Assembly: GCF_000737315.1 (NCBI RefSeq)
Contig: NZ_JMCB01000001.1
Coordinates: forward strand, 144,001 to 268,000
DNA length: 124,000 bases
Direction of reading: 5' to 3'
Source of the DNA: Hyalangium minutum
GTDB taxonomy: Bacteria; Myxococcota; Myxococcia; Myxococcales; Myxococcaceae
The notes beneath the pieces were generated by a model. The model worked only from the letters and a program-made list of their open reading frames with translations, searched no databases and was not told the DNA's origin. A program made the translations under genes and the position numbers. Positions 10,790-20,669 of the stretch are shown here, in pieces; within the stretch, counting starts at the first letter, position 1, and the number at the start of each line of letters is the position of its first letter.

Positions 10790-10800
10790 GAGCCCCACCC

Positions 10801-11880
10801 ATGGACTTCAGCGTCTACTTCTTCTCAGCCAACGATCAGGCCGACTTCGGCGAGCGCTACCGCTTCATCCTCGAGGTGGCGAAGTACATCGACCAAAACG
10901 GCTTCAAGGCCATCTGGACGCCCGAGCGCCACTTCCAGGAGTTCGGGGGCAGCTTCCCCAACGCCTCGGTGCTCAGCGCCGCGCTGGCGGTGCTCACCCA
11001 GAACATCGAGCTGCGCGCGGGCAGCGTGGTGGCCCCCCACCACCACCCGGCCCGTATCGCCGAGGAGTGGGCCCTGGTGGATCAGCTCTCCAACGGCCGG
11101 GTGGCGCTCTGCCTCGCCACGGGTTGGCACCGCGGGGACTTCATCTTCTACCCGGAGAACTACGCGGGCCGCCGCGAGCTCACCTTCCGCCTGGTGCAGA
11201 CGCTGCGAGATCTCTGGGCCGGGCGCCCGGTGACCTTCAGCGGCGTCGAGGGCCAGGCCGTGGAGGTGCGCACCTTCCCGCGCCCCCGCCGCCAGGAGCT
11301 GCCGCTGTGGCTCGTCCACAGCACCAACCCCGAGACCTGGGCCAAGGCCGGAGAGCTTGGCCTCAATGTCCTCACCCTGCTGGACAACTGGGACCGGCTC
11401 ACCGCCAACATCGCGGCCTATCGCGACGCGCGCGCCAAACACGGCCATGATCCGAAGTCCGGCATCGTGACCCTGGGCGTCCACACGTACATCGGCGATG
11501 ACGACACCACGGTGCGCAAGCTCGTCGCAGAGCCCGTGAAGCAGTACCTGTCCACGTTCCTCACCCAGCGCAAGGCGGATGCCACCCTGCAGGGCGGCTC
11601 CAAGCAGCTCGATGCCAAGGAGCAGGACATGCTGGCAACGCTGGCCTACCAGGACATGTACGACAAGCGGTCGCTGCTGGGCACGATCCCCAAGTGCGCC
11701 GACATGGTGCGGCGGATGCAGGAGATCGGCGTCGACGAGGTCGCTTGCCTCGTGGACTTCGGCCTGGACTTCCAGACTGTCTTGGACGGGCTGCCGCGCA
11801 TCAACGAGCTGCGCGCTATGTTCCAGCCAGCCGCCTCGAACGCCAGCGCCAGCGGCATGGCCTGGTACTACAACCGGTGA
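10801..11880 (+). CDS. Luciferase-like flavin monooxygenase (MupA/Atu3671-type, natural-product LLM)
   Basis: IWTPERHF...GGSFPN, RAGSVVAPHHHPARIAEEW, GVDEVACLVDFG. Confidence 0.9.
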   Translation: MDFSVYFFSANDQADFGERYRFILEVAKYIDQNGFKAIWTPERHFQEFGGSFPNASVLSAALAVLTQNIELRAGSVVAPHHHPARIAEEWALVDQLSNGRVALCLATGWHRGDFIFYPENYAGRRELTFRLVQTLRDLWAGRPVTFSGVEGQAVEVRTFPRPRRQELPLWLVHSTNPETWAKAGELGLNVLTLLDNWDRLTANIAAYRDARAKHGHDPKSGIVTLGVHTYIGDDDTTVRKLVAEPVKQYLSTFLTQRKADATLQGGSKQLDAKEQDMLATLAYQDMYDKRSLLGTIPKCADMVRRMQEIGVDEVACLVDFGLDFQTVLDGLPRINELRAMFQPAASNASASGMAWYYNR

Positions 11881-11926
11881 ATCGAGTCCTCTTGGCCCAC
11901 CTCGGGCCCGAAGGCAGGAGAAGCAC

Positions 11927-14203
11927 TTGAGTCTCATCTTCGTCTTCCCAGGGCAGGGCTCTCAGCGCGTGGGCATGGGGGCGGATCTCTTCCCGGCCTT
12001 CCCCGAGCTGGTGGACAAGGCCAGCAACCTCCTTGGCTACTCGGTGCGCCAGCTGTGTCTGGAGGATCCGCAGGAGCGGCTGAACCAGACGCAGTTCACC
12101 CAGCCCGCGCTCTACGTGGTGAACGCGCTGAGCTACCTGGCGAAGGTGGAGCAGCTGCGGCGGAAGCCGGACTTCGTGGCCGGCCACAGCCTGGGCGAGT
12201 ACGACGCGCTCTTCGCCTCGGGGGTGGTGGACTTCGAGACAGGGCTGCGGCTCGTCCAGCGCCGGGGCGAGCTGATGGCCCGTGCCACCGGAGGAGGCAT
12301 GTGCGCCGTCGTCGGCCTGCCGCTGGAGGGGCTACAGGAGGTGCTCGCACGGGCCCCTGCGGTGGATGTCGCCAACCTCAACACCCCGCAGCAGACGGTC
12401 CTCGCTGGCCCCACCGCGGACCTGGAGGCCCTGCGCCAGCCGCTGCTCGACGCGGGCGCCCGCTCGGTGGTGCCGCTCAAGGTGAGCGCGCCCTTCCACT
12501 CGCGCTACATGGAGCCCGCGCGCCGCGAGTTCGCGGCCTTCCTTGAGGGCTTCCGCTTCGCGCCCCCGCGCCTCCCCGTCATCGCCAACGTGGACGCCCA
12601 GCCCTACACCGCTGCCAACACCCGCGACAACCTCGCTCGGCAGATCTCCAGCCCCGTCCGCTGGGTGGAGACGGTGCGCTACCTGATGCAGACCTCGGAG
12701 CGCCCCACCTTCGAGGAGGTGGGCCCAGGCACCGTGCTGGCGGGGCTCCTCAAGAAGATCCAGGCGGAGCTGCCCGCGCAGCCAGCGCCGCCAGCCGCCG
12801 CCAGCGCCCCGGCACGACAGGCTCCATCCTCCGCCTCGCCCTCGACAGGCCGGATCACCGCCGAGTCCCTGGGCAGCGCCGAGTTCCGGCGTGACCACGG
12901 CGTGCGCTACGCCTACGTGGCCGGCGCCATGTACAAGGGCATCGCCTCCGAGGCGCTCGTCATCCGCATGGGCAAGGCGGGCCTGCTCAGCTTCCTGGGC
13001 TCGGGCGGGCTGAAGCTGCAGCGCCTGGAGGAGGCCATCCGGAAGATCCAGGCGGAGCTGCCGCGAGGAGCTCCCTACGGGATGAACCTGCTGGCCAACC
13101 TGGAGCAGCCGGAGCAAGAGGACGCGGTGGTGGATCTGTTTCTCCGCTACGGCGTCACCCGCGTGGAGGCCGCGGCCTACATGCAGATCACCCCCAGCGT
13201 GGTGCGCTACCGCTGCCAGGGCCTGCGCCGCGCTCCGGACGGCTCCATCGTCGCGGAGAACAAGGTGCTCGCCAAGGTCTCCCGCCCGGAGGTGGCCGAG
13301 GCCTTCCTCAGCCCCGCTCCTGAGCGGCTCCTGAAGAAGCTGGTGGAGACGGGCCGGATCACCGCCGAGCAGGCGGCCTTGGCGCGGGACTTCCCCATGT
13401 GCGACGACCTGTGCGCGGAGGCGGACTCAGGCGGGCATACGGATCAGGGCGTGGCCTTTACGATGGTGCCCGCCATGCTGCTGCTGCGAGACGAGGTGTC
13501 GCGCCGCCACGGCTACCGGAAGCGGATCCGCGTGGGCGCCGCAGGCGGGATTGGCACGCCGCACGCGGCCGCCGCGGCCTTCATCCTGGGGGCCGACTTC
13601 GTGCTCTCCGGCAGCATCAACCAGTGCACGGTGGAGGCTGGCACCAGCGACATCGTCCGCGACATGCTCCAGCAGGCGGACATCCAGGACACGGAGATGG
13701 CGCCCGCGGGCGACATGTTCGAGCTGGGCGCCAAGGTGCAGGTCTTCAGCAAGGGCCTCTTCTTCGCGGCCCGGGCCAACAAGCTCTATGAGCTGTACCG
13801 CCGCTACAACTCCCTGGAGGAGATCGACGAGAAGACGCGCGAGCAGATCCAGACGCGCTACTTCAAGCGCAGCTTCGACGAGGTGTGGCGCGAGACGCGG
13901 GACTACTACCAGCGCGTGCACCCACACGCGCTCGAGAAGGCGGAGAAGAGCCCCAAGCACCGCATGGCGCTCATCTTCAAGTGGTACTTCGTCCACTCCA
14001 CCCGGCTGGCCACCCGAGGCGTGGCGGATCAGAAGGTCGACTTCCAGATCCAGTGCGGCCCGGCCATGGGCGCCTTCAACCGCTACGTGAAGGGCACGCC
14101 GCTGGAGTCCTGGCGCAACCGCCACGTGGACACCGTGGCCGAGATGATGATGACGCACGCCGCGGAGCACCTGCAGCAGCGGTTCACGGCGCTGCAGGGG
14201 TAG
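11927..14203 (+). CDS. Trans-acting malonyl-CoA acyltransferase fused to PfaD-like enoyl reductase (AT-ER)
   Basis: TTG start after AGGAG; FPGQGSQ, GHSLGEY, SAPFHS; ER motifs YVAGAMYKGIAS and EADSGGHTD. Confidence 0.92.
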   Translation: MSLIFVFPGQGSQRVGMGADLFPAFPELVDKASNLLGYSVRQLCLEDPQERLNQTQFTQPALYVVNALSYLAKVEQLRRKPDFVAGHSLGEYDALFASGVVDFETGLRLVQRRGELMARATGGGMCAVVGLPLEGLQEVLARAPAVDVANLNTPQQTVLAGPTADLEALRQPLLDAGARSVVPLKVSAPFHSRYMEPARREFAAFLEGFRFAPPRLPVIANVDAQPYTAANTRDNLARQISSPVRWVETVRYLMQTSERPTFEEVGPGTVLAGLLKKIQAELPAQPAPPAAASAPARQAPSSASPSTGRITAESLGSAEFRRDHGVRYAYVAGAMYKGIASEALVIRMGKAGLLSFLGSGGLKLQRLEEAIRKIQAELPRGAPYGMNLLANLEQPEQEDAVVDLFLRYGVTRVEAAAYMQITPSVVRYRCQGLRRAPDGSIVAENKVLAKVSRPEVAEAFLSPAPERLLKKLVETGRITAEQAALARDFPMCDDLCAEADSGGHTDQGVAFTMVPAMLLLRDEVSRRHGYRKRIRVGAAGGIGTPHAAAAAFILGADFVLSGSINQCTVEAGTSDIVRDMLQQADIQDTEMAPAGDMFELGAKVQVFSKGLFFAARANKLYELYRRYNSLEEIDEKTREQIQTRYFKRSFDEVWRETRDYYQRVHPHALEKAEKSPKHRMALIFKWYFVHSTRLATRGVADQKVDFQIQCGPAMGAFNRYVKGTPLESWRNRHVDTVAEMMMTHAAEHLQQRFTALQG

Positions 14204-14209
14204 CCCCGC

Positions 14210-14989
14210 TCAGGGCACCAGGAAGGGGATGAGCTGCTCCGAGAGGCCCCGGAGCAGCGCCTCCCGGGCGCCGCCCTTCTCGTTGAGATAGAAGTGGCCG
14301 CCGGGGAACATCTGCCGGGAGAAGGCTGCCGCGGTGTGCTGGCGCCAGGCCTCCAGTTCCTCCGGACGCGCGCGTGCGTCCTCCACGCCACCCAAGGTGG
14401 AGATGGGGCAGTCGAGCGGCGCCTCCCGCACGTGCGTATAGCTCTCCAGCACCGCGAAGTCCCCCCGCAGGCTGGGCAGGTACAGCTGCAGCAGCTCCGG
14501 CTCCGCCAAGATGGCGCGCGGGAAGCCGTTGTAGCGCTGCACCATCTCGCGGATGAACTGCTCTTGCGGCAGCGCGTGGATTGGGGGATCGGCGTGCTGC
14601 AAGTGCGGCGCGTGGCGCCCCGAGACGAGCAGGTGTGCGGGCTGGCGTCCATGGTTGCGGCGCAGCTCACGGGCCGTCTCGAAGGCCACCAGCGCCCCCA
14701 TGCTGTGCCCGAAGAAGGCCAGGGGGCCCTCCACGTGCCGGGCCAGGAGGGGCGCCAGCGCCTGGACGATCGCCGTCATTGAGGTGAAGGGCGGCTCACG
14801 GATGCGCGACTCGCGCCCTGGCAGCCGCACGAGCACCACCTCTACCCCGGGGGGCAGCAGATCCGCCCACCCGTGGTACACGGTCGTCCCCGCCCCCGCG
14901 TACGAGAAGCAGACCAACCGCACCATTGCCCCGGGGTCTGGCCGCGGACGCACCAACCACCGCCCTACCCACTCACGTTCATCCACCAT
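14210..14989 (-). CDS. Type II thioesterase
   Basis: CFSYAGAG, FFGHSMG, FPGGHFY. Confidence 0.92.
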   Translation of the reverse strand: MVDEREWVGRWLVRPRPDPGAMVRLVCFSYAGAGTTVYHGWADLLPPGVEVVLVRLPGRESRIREPPFTSMTAIVQALAPLLARHVEGPLAFFGHSMGALVAFETARELRRNHGRQPAHLLVSGRHAPHLQHADPPIHALPQEQFIREMVQRYNGFPRAILAEPELLQLYLPSLRGDFAVLESYTHVREAPLDCPISTLGGVEDARARPEELEAWRQHTAAAFSRQMFPGGHFYLNEKGGAREALLRGLSEQLIPFLVP

Positions 14990-15039
14990 CTGTTGCGTCT
15001 CGCGGAAAGAGCCCTGGCTCCAGGCGGGGGGAAGCGGAC

Positions 15040-16200
15040 CTAGAAGTTCGTGGTCCGCTCCAGGTTGCGCACATCGAAGATGCCCTGCGGCACGTCCGCG
15101 CCGAACTTGATGTCGGTCAGCACCAGCTCCGTCCGGCTGCCCTGCTTCAGCTTGTCCTCCAGGATGACGCGCTGGGGGTAGAAGCGATCACCGATCTTCA
15201 CGACATCCACCATCCGCATCACCTTCAGCAGCTTGCCCGTGTTGGCGTAGCGCTCCTCCTTCAGGGGCAACAGCGTCCGCTTGGAGATCCACTGCCGGAT
15301 CTCCGGGTAGGCGACGCCCTGGTTCTTGGCCTTCAGGTACACGACGTAGGCGTCCTCTCCGTCCACCTTCTCGGAAGGCTTCAGCTCGCCGTTGTAGCTG
15401 TCGAGCACCTTCTTGTTCTCCGCCATATCCTCATAGGAGAAGTCCGAGCCCATCATCGACTGGCGGAGCATGTGCCCCGACAGCTTCACCGTCTTCTCTG
15501 TCCGCGGGAAGTACGTCCACAGCTGCCCTTGCAGCTTGAGGAAGCGGCTCCCCTTATCCCGATCCGGCTTCAGGAAGATGATGAAGGAGTCCGTCTGGCC
15601 GCGGGAGAAGAGCTTCAGCTCCTTCTCGCGCGTCTCGCTCGGCGTCACGATGATCATCTTCGCGGTCGCCGAGCGCGTCTCGAAGGTCAGTTGCCCGTCC
15701 ATACGCCGGAGGATCTCCTCCACCGAGGTCAACTCTTCGACGAGCGCGGCGGTCCCCTGTGCAGCCAGCGCAGTCCCCTGGGGTGCAGCCGGGGGGGGGC
15801 CCTGCACGGCCGGAACGGGGGCCTGTGCAACAGCCGGAGCGGGGGGCTGTGCGGCCGGCGGCTGTGCGGCAGCCGGAGCGGGGGGCTGTGCGGCCGGCGG
15901 CTGTGCAGCCGGGGCGGGGGCCTGTGCAACCGGGGGAGTGCCTGCGGAGGTCTTGGCAGGAGTCTGCGCAGTCTTGGCAGGCGCAGCCGGAGCTTTGGCA
16001 GGAGTCTGCGCGGTCTTGGCAGGCGCAGCCGGAGCCTTGGCAGGCACAGCCGGAGCCTTGGCAGGCGCGGCCGGAGCCTGGGCTTGCTCGGCCGCCTGGA
16101 TCGGGGTGCCCCCCAGCAGGAAGGTCAGCCCCAGCAGCGCCGCCGTGAGGGTCCGTACGCCCTTGCGTGAAGCGTTCTCGCTGTTCGTTATGTTCGACAT
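15040..16200 (-). CDS. Outer-membrane lipoprotein-sorting (LolA-like) protein with N-terminal Ala/Pro repeat linker
   Basis: Signal peptide; [14 protein letters not shown] motif; start refined to MSNITNS. Confidence 0.8.
   Translation of the reverse strand: [386 protein letters not shown]
15830..16080 (-). repeat. Intragenic tandem repeats ([15 protein letters not shown] and AAQPPAPA units)
   Basis: Repeated ggcaggcgcagccggagc(c/t)tt and ggctgtgcggccggcggctgtg units. Confidence 0.85.
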
Positions 16201-16247
16201 GATCCACCTCGACGCGGCACCGTGGCCGCGATTCAAAAGTCGGCTGA

Positions 16248-17471
16248 CTAGCCCTTCACCATCGCATCCTGAGGCGTCATCGACAGCGTCTTGAGCACGG
16301 GGAGAATCATGCCCAGGATGCCCAGCAGCACGCCCATGACGACCGCCGTCACCACGGCGCCCACGGTGAAGTCTCCCCGCAACACCGAGACGGCCAGGGC
16401 AACCCCCTGCACCTTGTCCGAGGACACGGTGAGCCCCACCGTCTGCAGGTACCACCCGAGTGGAATGGCGAACACCAGCCCCGCCATGCTGCCCAGGAAC
16501 CCGTACAGCGCCGCCTCGTAGAGGAACGAGGTGACAATGCCCCGGCGAGACATCCCCAGCGCCATCAACACCCCCACCTCCTTGCGGCGCTCCAGCACGG
16601 ACACCATCATCATGTTCAAGATGCCCAAGCCGGCCACGAAGCAGACGATGAAGGAGACACCCTGCCGGATGCCCTGCAGCATTTGGTAGATGCTCAGCAG
16701 GAACGGATCGTCCTGCCACGTCCGGATCGCTGTGCTCTCCCCCAGAATCCCACTGGCGCGGATGCGCTCCGCCAGCGGCCCCGCCTGATCGTACCGGGTG
16801 CCATACAGAACGATCTTCGTAGCGCCATCTTCCATGCCCAGAAACTCCTGTGCCGCTTGGACGGGCATGTAGAGCGCTCTATTCGCGGCCGCGTTGCCAA
16901 GGTCGAAGATCCCCGCCAGCTGGAAGTCATCCGCGGTGAAGCTGTCGTATGCGTCCTTACCCAGGAGGGTTACCTTGTCGCCGAGCTTGAGGCCTAGCTC
17001 GTCCACCAAGGTCTTGCCCAGCAAGATGGCCTTCTGCCCCGGCTGGAGGTAGCTGCCCGCGACGATGTTGTGGGGCAGGCCCGAGCGCTGGCCGAACACC
17101 TCCACGTCCACGCCCGTGGCGCGCACGGACTTGTTCTTCTGGCCACTCTCCACCAGCACGCCAAAGTCGATGCGCGGAGCGGCCGCTTCCACGCCCTCCA
17201 CCTTGAGCAGCTGCTGCTTCAGCTCGGAGGTGCCGGGCACAAAGTACTTGAGGGGATTGAACCGGCTCTTGGCGAAGTAGTCCTTCTGGGCCACCACCAG
17301 CTCCCCGGACTCGCCTACCATCTCCAGAAAGATCTGCTTCTCCACCCCGCCTGCCAGGGTGATGCCTCCCACGATGAAGGTGACGGCGAGGGCGATGGCC
17401 GCCAGCGCCAGCGCGGCACGGGTCCGCTGGCGGAAGATGTTCTTGAAACCCAATCGAAGCAGATAGAGCAC
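16248..17471 (-). CDS. ABC transporter permease, FtsX/LolE family
   Basis: GTG start (VLYLLRLGFKN); MMVSVLERRKEVGVLMALG. Confidence 0.88.
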   Translation of the reverse strand: MLYLLRLGFKNIFRQRTRAALALAAIALAVTFIVGGITLAGGVEKQIFLEMVGESGELVVAQKDYFAKSRFNPLKYFVPGTSELKQQLLKVEGVEAAAPRIDFGVLVESGQKNKSVRATGVDVEVFGQRSGLPHNIVAGSYLQPGQKAILLGKTLVDELGLKLGDKVTLLGKDAYDSFTADDFQLAGIFDLGNAAANRALYMPVQAAQEFLGMEDGATKIVLYGTRYDQAGPLAERIRASGILGESTAIRTWQDDPFLLSIYQMLQGIRQGVSFIVCFVAGLGILNMMMVSVLERRKEVGVLMALGMSRRGIVTSFLYEAALYGFLGSMAGLVFAIPLGWYLQTVGLTVSSDKVQGVALAVSVLRGDFTVGAVVTAVVMGVLLGILGMILPVLKTLSMTPQDAMVKG

Positions 17472-17515
17472 GGAAGGTTCCTCTCTCAGGGACGAAGACG
17501 GGCACCCCACCTGGG

Positions 17516-18733
17516 TCAGCGCTTCATCGCCTCCATGGGGCTGAGCCGCGAGAACTTGATGGCCGGGTACAGCGCCGCGAGCGCGGCGACGATGAGGCCG
17601 GTCGCGAAGGCGGAGGCCACCCGGGAGAACGACAAGTCCACGTAGAGCATGGTGCTCATCGACACGCTGAAGTTGCTGGAGGCCGCCATCTGGGAGATGT
17701 CGACGCCTTTGCTCATGCCCTGGATGACAGCGCAGCCCAGCAGCGAGCCCCCCAGCGCGCCCATCAGGCCGATCACCGCCGCCTCCACCATCAGCATCGC
17801 GGCCACGCGCTCGGTCTGCAGGCCCAGCGCGCGGTAGGTGCCGATCTCCCGGAGCCGCTCGAAGGCGCTCATCACCAAGGTGTTGGCGATGCTGCTGGCC
17901 GCCACCAGCATGATCACCAGCACGAGCGCGTCGAGCGACTGGCGCTTGCTCTGGTTGACGCCGAGCACCGGGGCAGCACGCTCCTTCCACGTCTGCATGA
18001 CGAGCCCCTGGCCTCCCAGCAGCGCCGCATGGCGCGCCTGCAGGTCCATGGCCATGGCGTCGCGGGGCAGCAGGCCCACCACCTCGGAGACGGCGTCCTG
18101 CGCGTCCATCAACTGCTGGGCCTTCTTCAACGGGAGGAAGAAGGTGGAGGTGTCCACGGCGGCATTGGAGCTTCGGATGATGCCAGCCACCACGAACTCC
18201 TCCGCCGTATAGGCCCCGAACCGGGTGCGCGCCAGCAGCGTCGCGGAGGAGCCGGGCTCCAGCTTGAGTGCCTCGGCCAGCCCTGCGCCCACCCACACAG
18301 GCGTCTGCTCCGGCGGCACCGGCGCCGAGCGGATGACGGGGAGTTCGAACGCGGCCAGGTAGGTCTCCGGCTCGATGCCCACTGCCCGGGCGTGCAGCCC
18401 GTCCGTGCCGTTGCTCAGCTCCGCCGGGAAGGACAGGCGCGGATGGAGCTGAACGCCCGAGGTCTCTCCCAGCGGCGCCTTCACCTTCTCCCACCCCTCC
18501 ACCAGGGGCCCCTGCTCGTTCTCTTCCTCCGCCTCCAGATAGCCCTTGGACATGATCCGGAAGTGCCCCGTGTCCGAGCGGATCTGCCCGCGGATGACGG
18601 AGCTGTCCAGCGCGTCCACGAAGGACAACCCGAGGAGCATCATGAACACGCCCACGAAGACGGACACTGCCGTCAGAAGCGAGCGGCGGGCCTTGCGGAA
18701 CGTGTTCTTCAGCGCGATTCGCAGGAGGAACAT
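17516..18733 (-). CDS. ABC transporter permease, FtsX/LolE family
   Basis: RIALKNTFRKARRSLLT; SAFERLREIGTYRALG. Confidence 0.88.
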   Translation of the reverse strand: MFLLRIALKNTFRKARRSLLTAVSVFVGVFMMLLGLSFVDALDSSVIRGQIRSDTGHFRIMSKGYLEAEEENEQGPLVEGWEKVKAPLGETSGVQLHPRLSFPAELSNGTDGLHARAVGIEPETYLAAFELPVIRSAPVPPEQTPVWVGAGLAEALKLEPGSSATLLARTRFGAYTAEEFVVAGIIRSSNAAVDTSTFFLPLKKAQQLMDAQDAVSEVVGLLPRDAMAMDLQARHAALLGGQGLVMQTWKERAAPVLGVNQSKRQSLDALVLVIMLVAASSIANTLVMSAFERLREIGTYRALGLQTERVAAMLMVEAAVIGLMGALGGSLLGCAVIQGMSKGVDISQMAASSNFSVSMSTMLYVDLSFSRVASAFATGLIVAALAALYPAIKFSRLSPMEAMKR

Positions 18734-19488
18734 TACCCACGCTCCTCGATGCCGATGACCTTGCCGTCGCGCAGCCTCACCAGCCGGGTGGCGTACTCCA
18801 TCACCAGCGGATCATGGGACGAGAAGATGAAGGTGGTGCCGAAGGAGGCGTTCAGCTCCTTCATCAGGCCGAGAATCTCGCGAGCGGTGTGGCTGTCCAG
18901 GTTGGCCGTGGGCTCGTCGGCCAGCAGCACCGCGGGCTTCTTCACCAGCGCCCGGGCAATGGCCACGCGCTGCTGCTGCCCGCCCGACAGCTGCCGCGGG
19001 AGCCGGTGCGCCAGGTGCTTGAGCCCTACCCGCTCCAGCACCGGGTCGACGAGCTCCGCGATCTGCGTCCGCGACAGGCCGCCTTTGATCTGCAGGGGCA
19101 GCTGCACGTTCTCATGCACGGTCAGCACCGGGATGAGGTTGAACTCCTGGAAGATGAAGCCAATGCGCTCCTTGCGGAACTCCGTCATCTGCCGGGCATT
19201 GAGCGTGCTGAGATCCACTCCATCCACGATGACCTTGCCGGACGAGGGCGCGTCGATGGCGCCAATCAGGTTCAGGCACGTGGACTTGCCCGAGCCGGAC
19301 GGGCCGGTCAGCGCCAGGAAGGCCCCCTTGGGGATCACCAGATCGACTCCGTCCACCGCCTTCACCATCGCCTCCCCAGAGCCGTAGGAGCGCGTGGTCT
19401 GCTGGAGCTGCACGATGGCCGACTGGCTCATGGGAGCCGAAGTGGCACCGGCCGGGACATTCACCTGGGACGTGACATTCTGACTCAT
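18733..19488 (-). CDS. ABC transporter ATP-binding protein (LolD/MacB-like)
   Basis: [33 protein letters not shown]. Confidence 0.93.
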   Translation of the reverse strand: MSQNVTSQVNVPAGATSAPMSQSAIVQLQQTTRSYGSGEAMVKAVDGVDLVIPKGAFLALTGPSGSGKSTCLNLIGAIDAPSSGKVIVDGVDLSTLNARQMTEFRKERIGFIFQEFNLIPVLTVHENVQLPLQIKGGLSRTQIAELVDPVLERVGLKHLAHRLPRQLSGGQQQRVAIARALVKKPAVLLADEPTANLDSHTAREILGLMKELNASFGTTFIFSSHDPLVMEYATRLVRLRDGKVIGIEERG

Positions 19489-19509
19489 GTGTGCGTTGAC
19501 TCCTGAGGG

Positions 19510-20607
19510 CTAGAACCGCCAGTCGACATAGAGCTCGACCGTGCGTGTCGACAGCGCGCTGCCCAACGGGTGCCCTTCGCCGGGCTTGAACTCGCCCGGC
19601 CCCTGAAGGCCTCCCATCAGCAGTCCCCGGAGTGACACCTCCAGGTTGTCGAAGAAGTACCGGCCCACCCCCAACGACACGAGCCCAGTGCGGTCCTCGA
19701 GGTTGCCGATGAATGCCAGCGAGACGTAGGTCACCTCGTCGGTGGAGAGGTTGCCTGTCAGCGACACGTACTGGCGCCCCAGAAAGCTGCGCCGGCCCGC
19801 GGCGAGGGCCTCGTAGTCATAGTCGGACAGGCCGGCGCCGCCGGAGCTGTCCCGGTAGTACTGCGCGGAGAACGTCAGGCTTTGGAGGACGGGGAAGGAG
19901 TAGTCGGCCCCCACCACCACCCGGTAGGAGACCTTGCCTTCCTGGGGCAGGTGGACCGCCCCCTCCAACCAATAGCCCACCTCCAGGTCGCCCTTGATGT
20001 CCACGCCGAGCACCTGCTCGTCCCGGCGCCGATCATCCACGGCCACCACCGCCATGCCCGTCCCCCCCAACAGCCACTCGGCTCGCAGCAGGGACAGGGC
20101 CTTGTTCTGAGGAAAGGCCACGGCGCCAATCACCCGCGCGGTGGGGGACAGCGAGATGGAGGCGCGGGCAGTGTCCACGCCGCGCTTCTGCACCGCGAAG
20201 TTCAACGGGGTGTTGAGATCCACCAGATCGATGGGGTTCCAGATCATCGCGGACCCCATGTTGATGGCTTGCCGGCCGATGCGCAGATCCCACTTCTCGA
20301 AGTGGTAGTCGATATAGGCCCGGTCCACCAGCAGCACCTCGGCGTTGCCGGCCCGGCCCGCCGCCCCCAGCAGCCGCTGAGCGTTGAGCGTCACCACAGC
20401 GGCCATGTCCTCGCTCACGTTCACCGTGAACTCGGGGCGGATGTTGAGCTCGTAGCTGTAGTTGTCCTTGTCCAGCGGGCTGAAGACGTACAGCCGGTTG
20501 CGGACGCTGCCGCCGACGGAGGCAGACACCTCCGCCCGAGCCGCCGTTCCCAACAGCAGGAACAGCAGCCCGCTCCACACGACACCGCTCCCCTTCAACA
20601 TATCCAC
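19510..20607 (-). CDS. Putative outer-membrane beta-barrel protein
   Basis: Signal peptide; LVDRAYIDY...DLRIGRQ..WG motif; C-terminal YVDWRF. Confidence 0.65.
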   Translation of the reverse strand: MDMLKGSGVVWSGLLFLLLGTAARAEVSASVGGSVRNRLYVFSPLDKDNYSYELNIRPEFTVNVSEDMAAVVTLNAQRLLGAAGRAGNAEVLLVDRAYIDYHFEKWDLRIGRQAINMGSAMIWNPIDLVDLNTPLNFAVQKRGVDTARASISLSPTARVIGAVAFPQNKALSLLRAEWLLGGTGMAVVAVDDRRRDEQVLGVDIKGDLEVGYWLEGAVHLPQEGKVSYRVVVGADYSFPVLQSLTFSAQYYRDSSGGAGLSDYDYEALAAGRRSFLGRQYVSLTGNLSTDEVTYVSLAFIGNLEDRTGLVSLGVGRYFFDNLEVSLRGLLMGGLQGPGEFKPGEGHPLGSALSTRTVELYVDWRF

Positions 20608-20669
20608 ACAACCTTCTGGATCATGAACGGCTCACTACGCTGGCACAGCCCAGCACATCCACCAAGCTT

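Noticed and set aside
15830-16080. Tandem repeats as a CRISPR array
   Set aside because: Repeats are in-frame coding units without unique spacers; no cas genes in the window
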